43,407 bases of DNA from Candidatus Peregrinibacteria bacterium (GCA_018662075.1 JABJGX010000011.1:1-43407), one strand, 5' to 3'. Positions 26,970-37,026 are shown, numbered from the stretch's first letter. Notes: a model not told the origin generated them from the sequence alone. Translations and numbers: made by a program.

Positions 26970-27476
26970 TTATAAGTGCAGGCGATCTGCCTTTTTGTAC
27001 GTAAAGAACGTACATGCCATCTTATGTTCTGCATCGACTGGGTGGTCTGCCCTTGTCACCTCTTCCCATTCAGGGCCAATAGTCGGAAACTCTTTATCCC
27101 CCTTAATCCACGCATGAACACGAGTGAAATACAGATAATTTGCTATCGGAATAGCATGTTTATAGATCTCTGCTCCACCGATTATAAATATTTCTTCTTT
27201 CTCATCTTTTTGTGCATACATAATGGCCTCCTCTAGTGTCGACGCAACCTGCGCACCCTCTGCCTTATAGCTTCCATCCCTACTCACCACAATATTCGTA
27301 CGCTTTGGTAGAGCACCACTCGGTAGCGACTCAAAAGTTTTACGACCCATAATAATTGGATGCCCGGAAGTCTTTTTTCGAAAATGTTTCAAGTCATCAG
27401 GAAGATGCCATGGGATATCGTTCTCACGACCAATAACATTATTCTCCGACGCCGCAACAATTATTGAAATACGCAT
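26970..27476 (-). CDS. folA: Dihydrofolate reductase
   Basis: ENNVIG..IPWHLPDDLKHF, IMGRKTFES, FIIGGAEIY, GDKEFP. Confidence 0.96.
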   Translation of the reverse strand: MRISIIVAASENNVIGRENDIPWHLPDDLKHFRKKTSGHPIIMGRKTFESLPSGALPKRTNIVVSRDGSYKAEGAQVASTLEEAIMYAQKDEKEEIFIIGGAEIYKHAIPIANYLYFTRVHAWIKGDKEFPTIGPEWEEVTRADHPVDAEHKMACTFFTYKKADRLHL

Positions 27477-27483
27477 GCGCACA

Positions 27484-28314
27484 CTATACAGCGATTGGCG
27501 CTTTAATCCCAGGGTATGGATCGTACTCAGTTACTTCTATGTCGTCGTAGGTAAAGTCGAACAAGTTTTTCACATCAGGATTAAGTTTGAGCTGTGGAAG
27601 CGCGCGAGGCTCTCTTTCCAGTTGTGTAAGCGCTTGTTGCATATGATTACTATACAAATGCACATCACCAAACGTATGCACAAAGTCTCCGACCTGAAGT
27701 CCACACTCCTGTGCCACCATGTGTGTCAGCAATGCGTACGATGCAATATTAAAAGGAACACCAAGGAAGATGTCTGCAGACCGCTGATACAACTGGCAGC
27801 TTAACTTTCCATTAAGAACATAAAACTGAAAGAAGCAATGGCACGGAGGAAGTGCCATCTTTCCATTTGCAGCATTCTCGCTAGGACTTATAGATGTATC
27901 TGGTAAAAACTCCGGGTTCCATGCACTGACTATCATTCTTCTCGATGTCGGGTTCGTCTTAATCTCATTTAAAACCCACTTCACTTGGTCAACACCATTA
28001 AAGTCTCTCCACTGCTTTCCATACACAGGCCCCAAGTCTCCATCTGGCGTCGCCCATTCATCCCAGATCTTCACACCATTCTCTTGTAAGTATGCGATAT
28101 TGGTATCTCCTTTTAAAAACCATAGAAGCTCGTGTGTAATAGAGCGCATGTGCACTTTTTTCGTTGTAAGAAGGGGGAAACCTTCTGACAGATTAAACCG
28201 CATCTGTGCACCAAAGAGGCTTACTGTTCCTGTTCCTGTCCGGTCACCCTTCTGGGTACCAGTATCCATAACTTGTTTTAATAGCTGAAGATATTGCTGA
28301 TCTGCATTGTTCAT
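27484..28314 (-). CDS. thyA: Thymidylate synthase
   Basis: [48 protein letters not shown] 28314 chosen. Confidence 0.98.
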   Translation of the reverse strand: MNNADQQYLQLLKQVMDTGTQKGDRTGTGTVSLFGAQMRFNLSEGFPLLTTKKVHMRSITHELLWFLKGDTNIAYLQENGVKIWDEWATPDGDLGPVYGKQWRDFNGVDQVKWVLNEIKTNPTSRRMIVSAWNPEFLPDTSISPSENAANGKMALPPCHCFFQFYVLNGKLSCQLYQRSADIFLGVPFNIASYALLTHMVAQECGLQVGDFVHTFGDVHLYSNHMQQALTQLEREPRALPQLKLNPDVKNLFDFTYDDIEVTEYDPYPGIKAPIAV

Positions 28315-28400
28315 AGGAAAGAAGCATAGCAGATCAATTTGGGAGAAAAACCTTTTTGCTGAGAATAGGAAAGTAAGGTATAATATACATACAAACACAC

Positions 28401-28940
28401 ATGGATCACGAACAGCACGCACCACAGTTAGAATCTGAGCCAGCTCCGAATGAGCCAGGGGATAACGTCGTAGAAAAATTAACAGAATCCACTGCAGATA
28501 ACATTCGAAACGTTGAAGGTCAAACAGAGGTACCGGTATATGTCTATGCGACAATGGATACAGCAGGAAACAAAATTATTCAAATCACCGATGAAGATGC
28601 AGATTTTCAATTGCAATTTTCCGGTGAGCTTTCGGATGAAGACGCTGCAGCTCTCGATTCTACACTGCATTTTGAGGGAAAACTCACTGCTATTGAGCCG
28701 CAGAGTCAGTCTCAATCTTTCAATGAAAGCTTTGGCCTTACAGAGAGCTGGGGAAACTGGGGTGACGCATTCATGGACAATAGGTTTGATTACTTTGGCC
28801 AAGCGACGCTTAGGCTCTCAGAAGACTTTACACTACCACCGACGCTGGAAAAATATCTTGTAACAGATGCAGATCAAGAACACCCTATAGACAGAGAGTT
28901 CTTACAAGACTCAATAGAGTTTCAAAAGATGCAAGAGTAA
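28401..28940 (+). CDS. Acidic hypothetical protein (179 aa)
   Basis: ATG start, fills the gap between thyA and ccdA, TATAAT upstream. Confidence 0.7.
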   Translation: MDHEQHAPQLESEPAPNEPGDNVVEKLTESTADNIRNVEGQTEVPVYVYATMDTAGNKIIQITDEDADFQLQFSGELSDEDAAALDSTLHFEGKLTAIEPQSQSQSFNESFGLTESWGNWGDAFMDNRFDYFGQATLRLSEDFTLPPTLEKYLVTDADQEHPIDREFLQDSIEFQKMQE

Positions 28941-28941
28941 T

Positions 28942-29802
28942 CTACTGACTTGGAACAGAGACCTCATCCCCAAATAGCTTTGTTTCAAGCTCTACTCCAA
29001 TATTACCAAAGCTTGTATTACTCACCAAGAAAGACTCTATACTGCGTAGCCATCCATAGTTTAGCGCGAGCGCTGTGACAATAAGAATGGCACCAGACAC
29101 CTGTTTAATGCGTCCTGAATACTGGGAGATCTTCCGAGAGCTTTGCACTGCTGCCTGTCCACCGTATCCAATAATAGTCAGTGGAATTGCCGTTCCAATA
29201 CCATAAGCAAGTAAGAGAAGCGCTGACTGAATGCCTGGCTGGTCTTGTACCAGTGTCAGTGCAAAACCAAGAGCAGGCCCTGCACACGGAACCCATACAA
29301 GCCCCATCGTAAGTCCGATGATGAATGCAGTGATGGGATTGTCTTGTCCTAGTTCTCCACTCGCTTTTTGTTGTACGTTTGTACCAAGCTGTTGAATGCG
29401 CGTTGCAACCCATCCACCAACCTCCATAAGAGTAGCCCCTATGGTCTGCGCAATTGTCATAACTATCCAGCCATCGCTATAGTAGAAAAATCCTCCAAGC
29501 ACTGCTCCGGTTAATTGCAATTGCTTATTGTGAGTAAGAAAACCAAGTCCAAATAACAATAGAATATAGTACGTCGTAACACGAATGTAATCCGTGAGAC
29601 CAACAAACTGCTGAAGCAGTGTTGCAAGCAAGAACGTAAACCCAACAAAACTAATAAGCATACCAACAATGGTATACAAAGGACGCAACTTACTCTTTCC
29701 AGCAATAGAGACCCCAAGAACGATTGGAACCAAAGGGAGAATGCACGGCAGAAGAATGGTTAACATTCCTGCCACAAACATGGTGATATATAAACTCGTC
29801 AC
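28942..29802 (-). CDS. ccdA: CcdA/DsbD-like transmembrane thiol-disulfide electron transporter
   Basis: LTILLPCILPLVP and GLVWVPCAGPAL Cys motifs; multiple TM helices. Confidence 0.88.
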   Translation of the reverse strand: MTSLYITMFVAGMLTILLPCILPLVPIVLGVSIAGKSKLRPLYTIVGMLISFVGFTFLLATLLQQFVGLTDYIRVTTYYILLLFGLGFLTHNKQLQLTGAVLGGFFYYSDGWIVMTIAQTIGATLMEVGGWVATRIQQLGTNVQQKASGELGQDNPITAFIIGLTMGLVWVPCAGPALGFALTLVQDQPGIQSALLLLAYGIGTAIPLTIIGYGGQAAVQSSRKISQYSGRIKQVSGAILIVTALALNYGWLRSIESFLVSNTSFGNIGVELETKLFGDEVSVPSQ

Positions 29803-29820
29803 AGAATTATAATACGGTAA

Positions 29821-30399
29821 TTAACCAAGGAGTGCACGTAGCGCAGACTGTGCAGGGAATGACACACGTTCGATTTCTTTTCCACTACCATCAATCAACA
29901 CAAATGTGTCTTGCCCATTCACACCGTACTGCTTACGAAGCTCAGTTGCTGTATCAAAATCAATCTTGTACACAGTACGTGGAAACTTCTCAGCGTTGTA
30001 CCATGACTCTAGTAGTCCGTTATTTTTCTTACATGCAGGACACCACGTTGCATGAAAGAAAAGAACAGATGTCTTTCCGTTACCAATAACACCGTCTGTA
30101 TATGCAGTGTAGCTGCCTTCAGCTGCTACCTCTGTATCCATTTCTTTGTGATCCTCCATTGGCTCTTCTTTCTTCATTTCTTCTTCTTTCATTTCCTCTT
30201 TTTCATCTGCCTTTTCCATTTCTTTTTCCTTTTCGATATCAGCTTCTACTTTAGCCTTTGCCTGCATCTTCTGACGCTCTTCTATAGCATTCACTTGGTC
30301 ACGCGGAGGAGTATCTTCATCTGGCTGAAGTTCTGTTGGAACTTTACAAGCAGTCAAAGTCATCGTAAGGACGAGGAGTGCAAAAAGTGAGTGACGCAT
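29821..30399 (-). CDS. Thioredoxin-fold lipoprotein with E/K/M-rich linker
   Basis: Lipobox LTAC; FHATWCPACK; upstream of ccdA. Confidence 0.9.
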   Translation of the reverse strand: MRHSLFALLVLTMTLTACKVPTELQPDEDTPPRDQVNAIEERQKMQAKAKVEADIEKEKEMEKADEKEEMKEEEMKKEEPMEDHKEMDTEVAAEGSYTAYTDGVIGNGKTSVLFFHATWCPACKKNNGLLESWYNAEKFPRTVYKIDFDTATELRKQYGVNGQDTFVLIDGSGKEIERVSFPAQSALRALLG

Positions 30400-30482
30400 A
30401 AGAATGTGTGGGAAAATACAAGTCTATTCTACGAAGAACCATCCAAACTACAAGGGCTATTCAGTACAAAAGGTAATCTGTC

Positions 30483-31145
30483 TTACGAAAGTAATTTTGA
30501 TAGGTCGTTTCTCTTATATACAAGCGAAGAAGGACAATCTTCTTTCAGAGGACAACCAGCACAATTACGGTTAAATGCAGAGCAAACAGCTCTTCCATGA
30601 GCGACCATAAGATGCGAAAGAATGGGCCAATCCTTATGCGGAGTTGCATCCATCATTTCAAGCTCTATGCGATGCTGGTTCTTAGACGCAACAAGTCCCA
30701 TTCTATTGAGCAGTCGTATGTTATGCGTATCAATAGGAATTCCTTCAATGACACCAAATGCAGTCGCAAGTACTACCGCTGCGGTCTTACGCCCCACACC
30801 TCTTAATGTCAGCATACCTTCCATGGTACGAGGAACTTCTCCATTAAAATCTGTGATAATAGTCGCGCATGTTTCCTGAATGGCTCTGGCTTTCACATGA
30901 AATGTTCCGCAACTACGAATGTCATTTTCGAGCTCCTCTGGAGGAACGTTTAAATAATCCTGTGGTACTCGGTATTTTACAAACAATGTTTTGGTGACAA
31001 CATTCACCCGAGCATCTGTGCATTGTGCAGCAAGAATAGTTGCAACAAGGAGCTGCAATGGGTCTTCAAAGTCCAACGTACACTTTGCCTTAGGGTAAAG
31101 CTTTTTCAACTCTTTCAGTACAACATCAACAGTAAGCTTTTTCAT
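30483..31145 (-). CDS. nth: Endonuclease III
   Basis: LLVATILAAQCTD.RVN, GVGRKTA, DTH, C-x6-C-x2-C-x5-C. Confidence 0.96.
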   Translation of the reverse strand: MKKLTVDVVLKELKKLYPKAKCTLDFEDPLQLLVATILAAQCTDARVNVVTKTLFVKYRVPQDYLNVPPEELENDIRSCGTFHVKARAIQETCATIITDFNGEVPRTMEGMLTLRGVGRKTAAVVLATAFGVIEGIPIDTHNIRLLNRMGLVASKNQHRIELEMMDATPHKDWPILSHLMVAHGRAVCSAFNRNCAGCPLKEDCPSSLVYKRNDLSKLLS

Positions 31146-31193
31146 AAAACTAGTATGGCACTAGTGCTTCTTGATCGCTATAGTCAGTCACCC

Positions 31194-31775
31194 ATGTCGA
31201 CCTTCCCAACATTCACCGTTTTCGATACAGAGACCACCGGTCTCGACCCTCGAAAAGGTGATAAAATTATCGAAATTGCAGGACTAAAGATTGTCGACGG
31301 AGAGATTCGTGAAGACTTAAGTTTTGTAAAACTCGTCAATCCTGAACGCACCATTCCATGGGAGGCAAAGCAGGTAAACAAAATATCAGATGAGGCTGTT
31401 GCATCAGAACCGACTATTGACCATATCCTTCCCGAGTTTTTTGAATTTGCAAAAGACACGATCCTCATCGCCCATAATGCAAACTTCGACCTAGGTTTTC
31501 TAGAGGTAGAGAAAGAGCATTGCTGGGGGTATATAGAAGTACCAGAATGCCTCTGTACGATGAGACTTAGCCAGACGCTCTACCCAAGTGAGTTCAGACA
31601 TAACCTCGATGCAGTATCAGCTCGCCTCGGCATAACTATGCCTACGGACCGTCACAGAGCCCTTCCAGACGTTATCATGACTGCTCAAGTTCTACTCAAG
31701 ATGATAGAGCAAGGTAATATTTCTGACATAGAACAGTTGCGAAGAATGGCTGGAAAGAAGAAACTGGTGGCATAA
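31194..31775 (+). CDS. DEDDh 3'-5' exonuclease (DNA polymerase III epsilon-like)
   Basis: FDTETTG, AHNANFD, HRALPD; ATG 31194 chosen. Confidence 0.92.
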   Translation: MSTFPTFTVFDTETTGLDPRKGDKIIEIAGLKIVDGEIREDLSFVKLVNPERTIPWEAKQVNKISDEAVASEPTIDHILPEFFEFAKDTILIAHNANFDLGFLEVEKEHCWGYIEVPECLCTMRLSQTLYPSEFRHNLDAVSARLGITMPTDRHRALPDVIMTAQVLLKMIEQGNISDIEQLRRMAGKKKLVA

Positions 31776-32215
31776 TGACCGTCCTTCCAATCATCAAAGG
31801 CGAAGAAACAGAAGTACTGCGAACAAAAGCAGCAACTGTTCTTCAGGTCACAAAAGAAATCCTGAAGCTTATTAAAAATATGGAAGAAACTGTAAAGAAG
31901 GCAGAAGGCCTAGGTCTCGCTGCACCACAGATCGGACAGTCCGTCAGAGTATGCCTAGTTATGCTTCACGGAAAAATGACACCGATGATCAATCCAGAAA
32001 TTACGTGGAGATCAGAAGAGGCTACTGTCATGACCGAAGGATGTCTCAGTCTTCCAAAGATAGAAGTAGAGGTAACACGTCCTGTCGAAGTCATTGTAAA
32101 ATACACAAATAAAAAAGGTCAGGAGCAAGAGAGGCGTTTACATGATCTCGATGCAAAAGTTATGCAACACGAGTTTGACCATTTGAATGGGGTTCTGATT
32201 GTGGATTATCAATAG
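31775..32215 (+). CDS. def: Peptide deformylase
   Basis: GLGLAAPQIG, EGCLS, QHEFDHLNG. Confidence 0.97.
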   Translation: MTVLPIIKGEETEVLRTKAATVLQVTKEILKLIKNMEETVKKAEGLGLAAPQIGQSVRVCLVMLHGKMTPMINPEITWRSEEATVMTEGCLSLPKIEVEVTRPVEVIVKYTNKKGQEQERRLHDLDAKVMQHEFDHLNGVLIVDYQ

Positions 32216-32264
32216 AAATCAGACTATTTATATATTAGTTATATCGTATAATATTTATACGTTT

Positions 32265-32300
32265 CAGCCTGCCTCCCTCACCGGAAGCAGGCTGTTTTTT
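32265..32300 (+). terminator. Intrinsic terminator after def
   Basis: CAGCCTGCCTCC...GGAAGCAGGCTG hairpin followed by T6. Confidence 0.8.
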
Positions 32301-32338
32301 CATGCAATTTATAGAAGTTTTGGTACAATCATTATGAA

Positions 32339-32403
32339 ATGACTCCAGACTTAGAAGTAATTACCAGCCTTCGCCTCTGGGCTACGGCCGGCAAGTCGGC
32401 CTC
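32339..32403 (+). pseudogene. Relic duplicate 5' end of gatB (MTPDLEVI|IGL) interrupted by a 32-bp element
   Basis: ATG ACT CCA GAC TTA GAA GTA ATT A|TC GGC CTC versus gatB ATG CCA GAA TTA GAA GTA ATC ATC GGA TTG; TGnTACAAT 9 nt upstream. Confidence 0.75.
32364..32395 (-). repeat. 32-bp palindromic mini-element, same family as 8502-8531
   Basis: Minus strand CTTG-CCGGCC-GTA-GCC-CAGA-GGC-GAA-GGCTGG. Confidence 0.75.
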
Positions 32404-32418
32404 ACTCACCCAACTATT

Positions 32419-33861
32419 ATGCCAGAATTAGAAGTAATCATCGGATTGGAGGTTCATGCTCAAATGAGCACCAAGACCAAGATGTTTTGCGGATGTGATA
32501 ACGATGCATTTGGTAAAGCACCAAATACCACTGTCTGTCCTATTTGTATGGGACACCCAGGAACTCTGCCTACCCCTAACGCAGTCGCAATTGATAAAGC
32601 AGTACTCGCATCACTAGCGCTTGAGTGCACTATTAACAAAGAGAATCACTTCGATAGAAAACACTACTTCTATCCAGACCTTCCAATGGGATTCCAGATC
32701 TCTCAGTTCGACTTCCCTCTCTCTGAAAAAGGAACCGTTACGTACGACATTATCGACGATTCCGGAAAAGTATCTGACACCAAAGTATGTGGCATCACAC
32801 GTTTGCACATGGAAAACGATGCAGGAAAGCTCACCCACAAAGGCACAACAACACTCTGCGACTACAACCGTGCCGGTACCCCACTTATGGAAATTGTGAC
32901 AGAGCCAGATCTTCGTAGCGAACAAGAGGCAGTCGCATTTGCGCAGGAGTTGCGCCGCATTCTTATTGCAGTGAATGCATCGCAGGCCGATATGTTCAAA
33001 GGAATGATGCGGTTCGATGCATCTATTTCTCTGCGAGAAAAAGGAACCGAAAAATTAAACCCTCGTAGCGAGATCAAAAACTTAAACTCCTTCAAGGCAC
33101 TCGAACGAGCGCTGCAGTACGAAGAGAAGCGACTCCGAAAAGAATGGGAGGATAACGATGGTCCGCGAAAAGGAGACATCACCGTTGGGTGGCAGGACGA
33201 CATTGGTAAGACTCGCCTACTGAGGGAGAAAGAAACAGCAGACGACTACCGTTACTTCCCCGAACCAGACATTCCACCGCTTACCTTTACACAAGAAGAT
33301 ATAGACGCAGTACATGCGACACTCCCAAAACTCCCACGTGCACAAAAAGAAGATTACATGGACATGGGTATCGACGAAAAACAAGCACTACAACTTGTAG
33401 ATCAAAGCGATCTACGGTCTATCTTCGACGCTGTCTATGCCACAACAAAAGATGCAAAGAGGACATCTAGCTTGGTACTCATGCAGCTTCTCGGATTCCT
33501 TAATGCAGAAGAAAAAGAAGTGAATGATGGCCCAGATCCAACTAAAATCTTAGAACTTGTCGCAAAGATCGACGATGGAACCATTTCTGCTAATACAGGG
33601 AAAGACGTACTGCAGAAGATGGTAGAAACCGGAAAGTCTGCATCCGAGATTATCGAAGCAGAAGGCATGCAACAGATTAGTGATGACGGTGCCATTGAAG
33701 AAATGGTACAAAAAGCCATTGATAGCAATCCAAAAGCAATCGAAGACTTTAAAAACGGAAATGAGAAAGCACTCGGTGCCATTGTCGGGTTCGTTATGAA
33801 AGAATCTAAAGGGCAAGCAAACCCTGGAAAGGTAAACGAGATTTTGAAGAAGAAACTATAA
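32419..33861 (+). CDS. gatB: Asp/Glu-tRNA amidotransferase subunit B
   Basis: IGLEVHAQ, FDRKHYFYPDLP, DYNRAGTPLMEIVTEPD, EIKNLNS, DYRYFPEPD. Confidence 0.98.
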   Translation: MPELEVIIGLEVHAQMSTKTKMFCGCDNDAFGKAPNTTVCPICMGHPGTLPTPNAVAIDKAVLASLALECTINKENHFDRKHYFYPDLPMGFQISQFDFPLSEKGTVTYDIIDDSGKVSDTKVCGITRLHMENDAGKLTHKGTTTLCDYNRAGTPLMEIVTEPDLRSEQEAVAFAQELRRILIAVNASQADMFKGMMRFDASISLREKGTEKLNPRSEIKNLNSFKALERALQYEEKRLRKEWEDNDGPRKGDITVGWQDDIGKTRLLREKETADDYRYFPEPDIPPLTFTQEDIDAVHATLPKLPRAQKEDYMDMGIDEKQALQLVDQSDLRSIFDAVYATTKDAKRTSSLVLMQLLGFLNAEEKEVNDGPDPTKILELVAKIDDGTISANTGKDVLQKMVETGKSASEIIEAEGMQQISDDGAIEEMVQKAIDSNPKAIEDFKNGNEKALGAIVGFVMKESKGQANPGKVNEILKKKL

Positions 33862-33862
33862 A

Positions 33863-34423
33863 CTACTCAACCCTACTCATATACTCACCAGACTCTGTAT
33901 TGATTTTTAGCTTATCTCCTTCATTAATAAAGAGAGGGACGTTAACTGTTGCACCACTTTCGAGTGTTGCAGGCTTTGTACCACCAGTTGCAGTGTCTCC
34001 TTTAACACCTGGGATAGTTTCTACAACCAAGACATCAATAGTTGCCGGAAGATTAATACCAATCGGCTGGTCATCAAACACCATAGCGTTTAATTCCTGT
34101 CCTTCAGATAAGAACTTAGCATCATCACCTATTGTATCTGCTGTTAGTTCAAACTGGTCGTACGATGTAAGGTCCATAAAAGTAAACGTTGAGCCATCAC
34201 CGTATAGGTACTGCACATTTCGGTAGCCAACATCAGCTGGTTCTAGCTTATCGTTCCCTTGAAAAGTCTTTTGAATAACCGATCCTGTTTTGAGATTCTT
34301 CATTTTTGTAGCCATACAACCACCTTGCCTAGCAGCCTTTGAAAACTGATTCCATGTAATCAGGTACGGGTCTCCATCGATAACCACTGCCTTGCCTTTC
34401 TTTAATTCTGCAATAACGTACAT
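33863..34423 (-). CDS. efp: Elongation factor P
   Basis: KMKNLKTG, YLYGDG..FMD..YDQ, PGVKGDTATGGTKPATLESG..VPLFI; GGAGG upstream. Confidence 0.96.
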   Translation of the reverse strand: MYVIAELKKGKAVVIDGDPYLITWNQFSKAARQGGCMATKMKNLKTGSVIQKTFQGNDKLEPADVGYRNVQYLYGDGSTFTFMDLTSYDQFELTADTIGDDAKFLSEGQELNAMVFDDQPIGINLPATIDVLVVETIPGVKGDTATGGTKPATLESGATVNVPLFINEGDKLKINTESGEYMSRVE

Positions 34424-34470
34424 ACCTCCAGTGTATGCAAAAACTATTCTGATTCAAAACCGAATTCTAC

Positions 34471-36378
34471 TTAAATAGTAGATCCTACGTTCTCCCATCG
34501 AAGCTTTACGATCTCTTTATATACCTTATCTGGAAAGCTTTCTGGTCCATCAGGCAATGTCATAGCAAGTCTTCGAAGAATACGTCCCTGGTCTGGATGT
34601 CCATCAAGTGCTTTCATCTCTGCAATAAACTGATTGATACGAGAGTGTGTCAGGTTATAGAGGAAAATCTTTTTCTTGATACCCATAACAATTTCCATAA
34701 CTTCTTCCTCTGAAAGCACAACAGTTGTTGTGTCTGTTGGGGGTGGAAGATACGAAGCGATATCGCTGAGAAGTTCAGCATCGATATCTACTCCTCTATT
34801 ACTTGCAACATGAAGTGACGTCGCTAAGAACGCAAGAAGTGTCTTTGCCTCTTTATACATCAGAGGATGCATTGCAATATCCTCTTCTTCTAGAGTCAAA
34901 AGATACGGCTGTAAGTCCAACCATACAGAGCGAACAATGTTACTGTCTCCTTCATCAACTGCTCGAACAAGCATAGCGAGTCCATCAAGAAGCAGTGTTC
35001 CTTTTGCGGTTTCTTCTCCACTAGCTTCAAGCACTGTCTTTGTAATGACATACGATTCATCTCCAGGCTGCACTGCACTATACTGTGCTGCACTCTCTGA
35101 AATTGCTTGCTGTATAAGGAGCTGCGCAAGACTTCCCTGTTCAAAGTCCTCTGCAAGAAGCTTCACGGTCTCTGTATACGCACTCAGTGCAACGTCTGCG
35201 TTCTCACCTTCGTAAATAAGGGCTGCAGCTTCGTTCAAACGAGTTTCTGCAACTTGCAATCGCTTCTGTACACGGATTTCGGTATCAAATGTCATCATAA
35301 CATCCATCAACTCTGCAAAACGCTTTACAGGATAGAGCCTAGACGTTGGAAGGATTCCCGCCTGAGCAATGCGACGCTCATGTTGCTGCTGTGCAATACC
35401 ATGCCTGTGAACCGCATCACGCTGCAAATTTTGATCTGCCCATGTGTACTGATACCATTTATTTGGAAGCTTTTTTACAAGGAAGATAGGATTATCTTCA
35501 ACAAGCTGCGTGCGCTCTCCTGCGGTTAAGTATGTCTCTTCACCATTCCTTATAACCATTGCGCTGCGATCATAGACTTCAATGTCGACATAATCATCCT
35601 CAGCAATAGAGACACTTCCTTTATTAACAGTGATAGTGCCAAAACTACTTGCAACAGTAATACCTGGAAGCTGGGAAGGAACGAGTCCCTGTAACCAAAT
35701 CTTTCCAGTAAACACCGTTAAAATTGGATCTAATGCAGATGCAACACTCGAACGATCACGAAGATCTTCTAGTTTAATTGTTGTTTTTTCTGCCATACGG
35801 ATCACTCCGTCATCATGAAGAATAATACTCGCTTCTCCGTCATGCGTCCTAAGCATCATACCTGGCTCAAGGACAAGTTCATGTTCAACTTTCTGCCACA
35901 TTCCTCCAATAGACACAGATACTTCCCCACGAGTAGGAAGTAGCAACACTTCTGTTTTCGCCACAGTAGAAGAGGCAATGAAGAGCATCGGACTGGTCTG
36001 TATCAAGAGAGCAACCAATGCAAATGATGCAACCCACTTCAGCATAACCGGTCCTGCAGCCTCTGGCTGGACTGGCTCTAGTGACTGGAAACTGCGTAAC
36101 ATTCGTGCCCGAAGAACTTCCTTAAAACTCGCTGTTGGCTGCAATGAATCTTTAATATTCTTGAAGGTTTCGTCAACTGGCATTTCAATAGATGGAGCAA
36201 TACGCTTCCAAATAGTCTTTTGTAATTGTGACTGAGGTGCAATGTCTTTTCGTAGATCGGCAAACATATTTTCGCCAGGTGACATACGACTTTGCACACG
36301 CTTGTGAATACGATCTTTTATCTCTGCATCTGGTGAGAGATCTTTGCGGAGGCCGGAGAAGAAAGATTCAGGGTTCAT
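34471..36378 (-). CDS. Putative anti-sigma factor: N-terminal repeats, one TM, FecR-like beta domain, DUF5667-like helical domain
   Basis: Follows ECF sigma; GEVSV..W..L..GM.LRT..GEASI...DDGVIRM..T; LPTSRLYPVKRFAE..AETRLNEA. Confidence 0.75.
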   Translation of the reverse strand: MNPESFFSGLRKDLSPDAEIKDRIHKRVQSRMSPGENMFADLRKDIAPQSQLQKTIWKRIAPSIEMPVDETFKNIKDSLQPTASFKEVLRARMLRSFQSLEPVQPEAAGPVMLKWVASFALVALLIQTSPMLFIASSTVAKTEVLLLPTRGEVSVSIGGMWQKVEHELVLEPGMMLRTHDGEASIILHDDGVIRMAEKTTIKLEDLRDRSSVASALDPILTVFTGKIWLQGLVPSQLPGITVASSFGTITVNKGSVSIAEDDYVDIEVYDRSAMVIRNGEETYLTAGERTQLVEDNPIFLVKKLPNKWYQYTWADQNLQRDAVHRHGIAQQQHERRIAQAGILPTSRLYPVKRFAELMDVMMTFDTEIRVQKRLQVAETRLNEAAALIYEGENADVALSAYTETVKLLAEDFEQGSLAQLLIQQAISESAAQYSAVQPGDESYVITKTVLEASGEETAKGTLLLDGLAMLVRAVDEGDSNIVRSVWLDLQPYLLTLEEEDIAMHPLMYKEAKTLLAFLATSLHVASNRGVDIDAELLSDIASYLPPPTDTTTVVLSEEEVMEIVMGIKKKIFLYNLTHSRINQFIAEMKALDGHPDQGRILRRLAMTLPDGPESFPDKVYKEIVKLRWENVGSTI

Positions 36379-36417
36379 TCAGTAGTTATAACGACTAATA
36401 ATGGCTTCTGTTACGCA

Positions 36418-37026
36418 TTAAACAGAATAAGCGGTACGATATTCTTTAATATTGTCAGGAAGAACGGTTTCAAGCTTCTTTAGTGCTCTATGCTTCAAGA
36501 TACGAACAGCACCTTCAGTCATTCGTAGTACACGTGCAATCTCGCTATGAGGCAACTCTGCCATATACGACAAGAGTAATATTTCTCTATATCGTTCTGG
36601 TAAATCATCAAGTCCACTATTTACAATTTTTAACATATCGTCTCTTTCAAGTTTCGTATTGGCCTTATTAAAGATGTCCATATCAACAATAGTTTCAGGA
36701 AGCTCCTCAAAGCCACGATGTGTTCTATATGAATCTATCACTGTATGTCTGGCAATACGAAAGAGCCATGCAGCAAATGGAACATTCTTGCGAGACTTGT
36801 AGGTATGAAGCTTCTCCCATGCTTTGACAAAAATATCTGCGACCAAGTCTTCTGCAGCTTCTGATGGAACTCTAAATGCTGTGTAACGATAAACTTGCAA
36901 GAAATACATGTCGTATACCTTTGCAAACGATTCGCTATCACCTTCCTGAGCACGACGAATGTACTCCGGAAGTGCCAATAATGCAGCGGTAGATTTTGAG
37001 TCCATAAACTGTGGCGATTCTATCAT
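36418..37026 (-). CDS. ECF-type RNA polymerase sigma-70 factor
   Basis: AEDLVADIFVKAW, FAAWLFRIARH, LPERYREIL, EIA..L..TEGAVR..HRA; exact start uncertain. Confidence 0.93.
   Translation of the reverse strand: MIESPQFMDSKSTAALLALPEYIRRAQEGDSESFAKVYDMYFLQVYRYTAFRVPSEAAEDLVADIFVKAWEKLHTYKSRKNVPFAAWLFRIARHTVIDSYRTHRGFEELPETIVDMDIFNKANTKLERDDMLKIVNSGLDDLPERYREILLLSYMAELPHSEIARVLRMTEGAVRILKHRALKKLETVLPDNIKEYRTAYSV

Noticed and set aside
28315..28554. 80-aa N-terminal extension of ThyA
   Set aside because: Overlaps the divergent 28401 gene; homology begins at MNNADQQY
30130..30245. Low-complexity TTC-rich DNA as a tandem repeat element
   Set aside because: Explained by the E/K/M-rich linker of the thioredoxin lipoprotein
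31023..31193. Upstream starts for the exonuclease (and similar extensions of folE, gpmA and the 18967 ORF)
   Set aside because: They overlap neighbouring genes or promoter-like DNA; homology starts at the downstream ATG
32265..32300. Third copy of the palindromic mini-element
   Set aside because: Lacks CTTG and the GAA internal loop; followed by T6, so better explained as the def terminator
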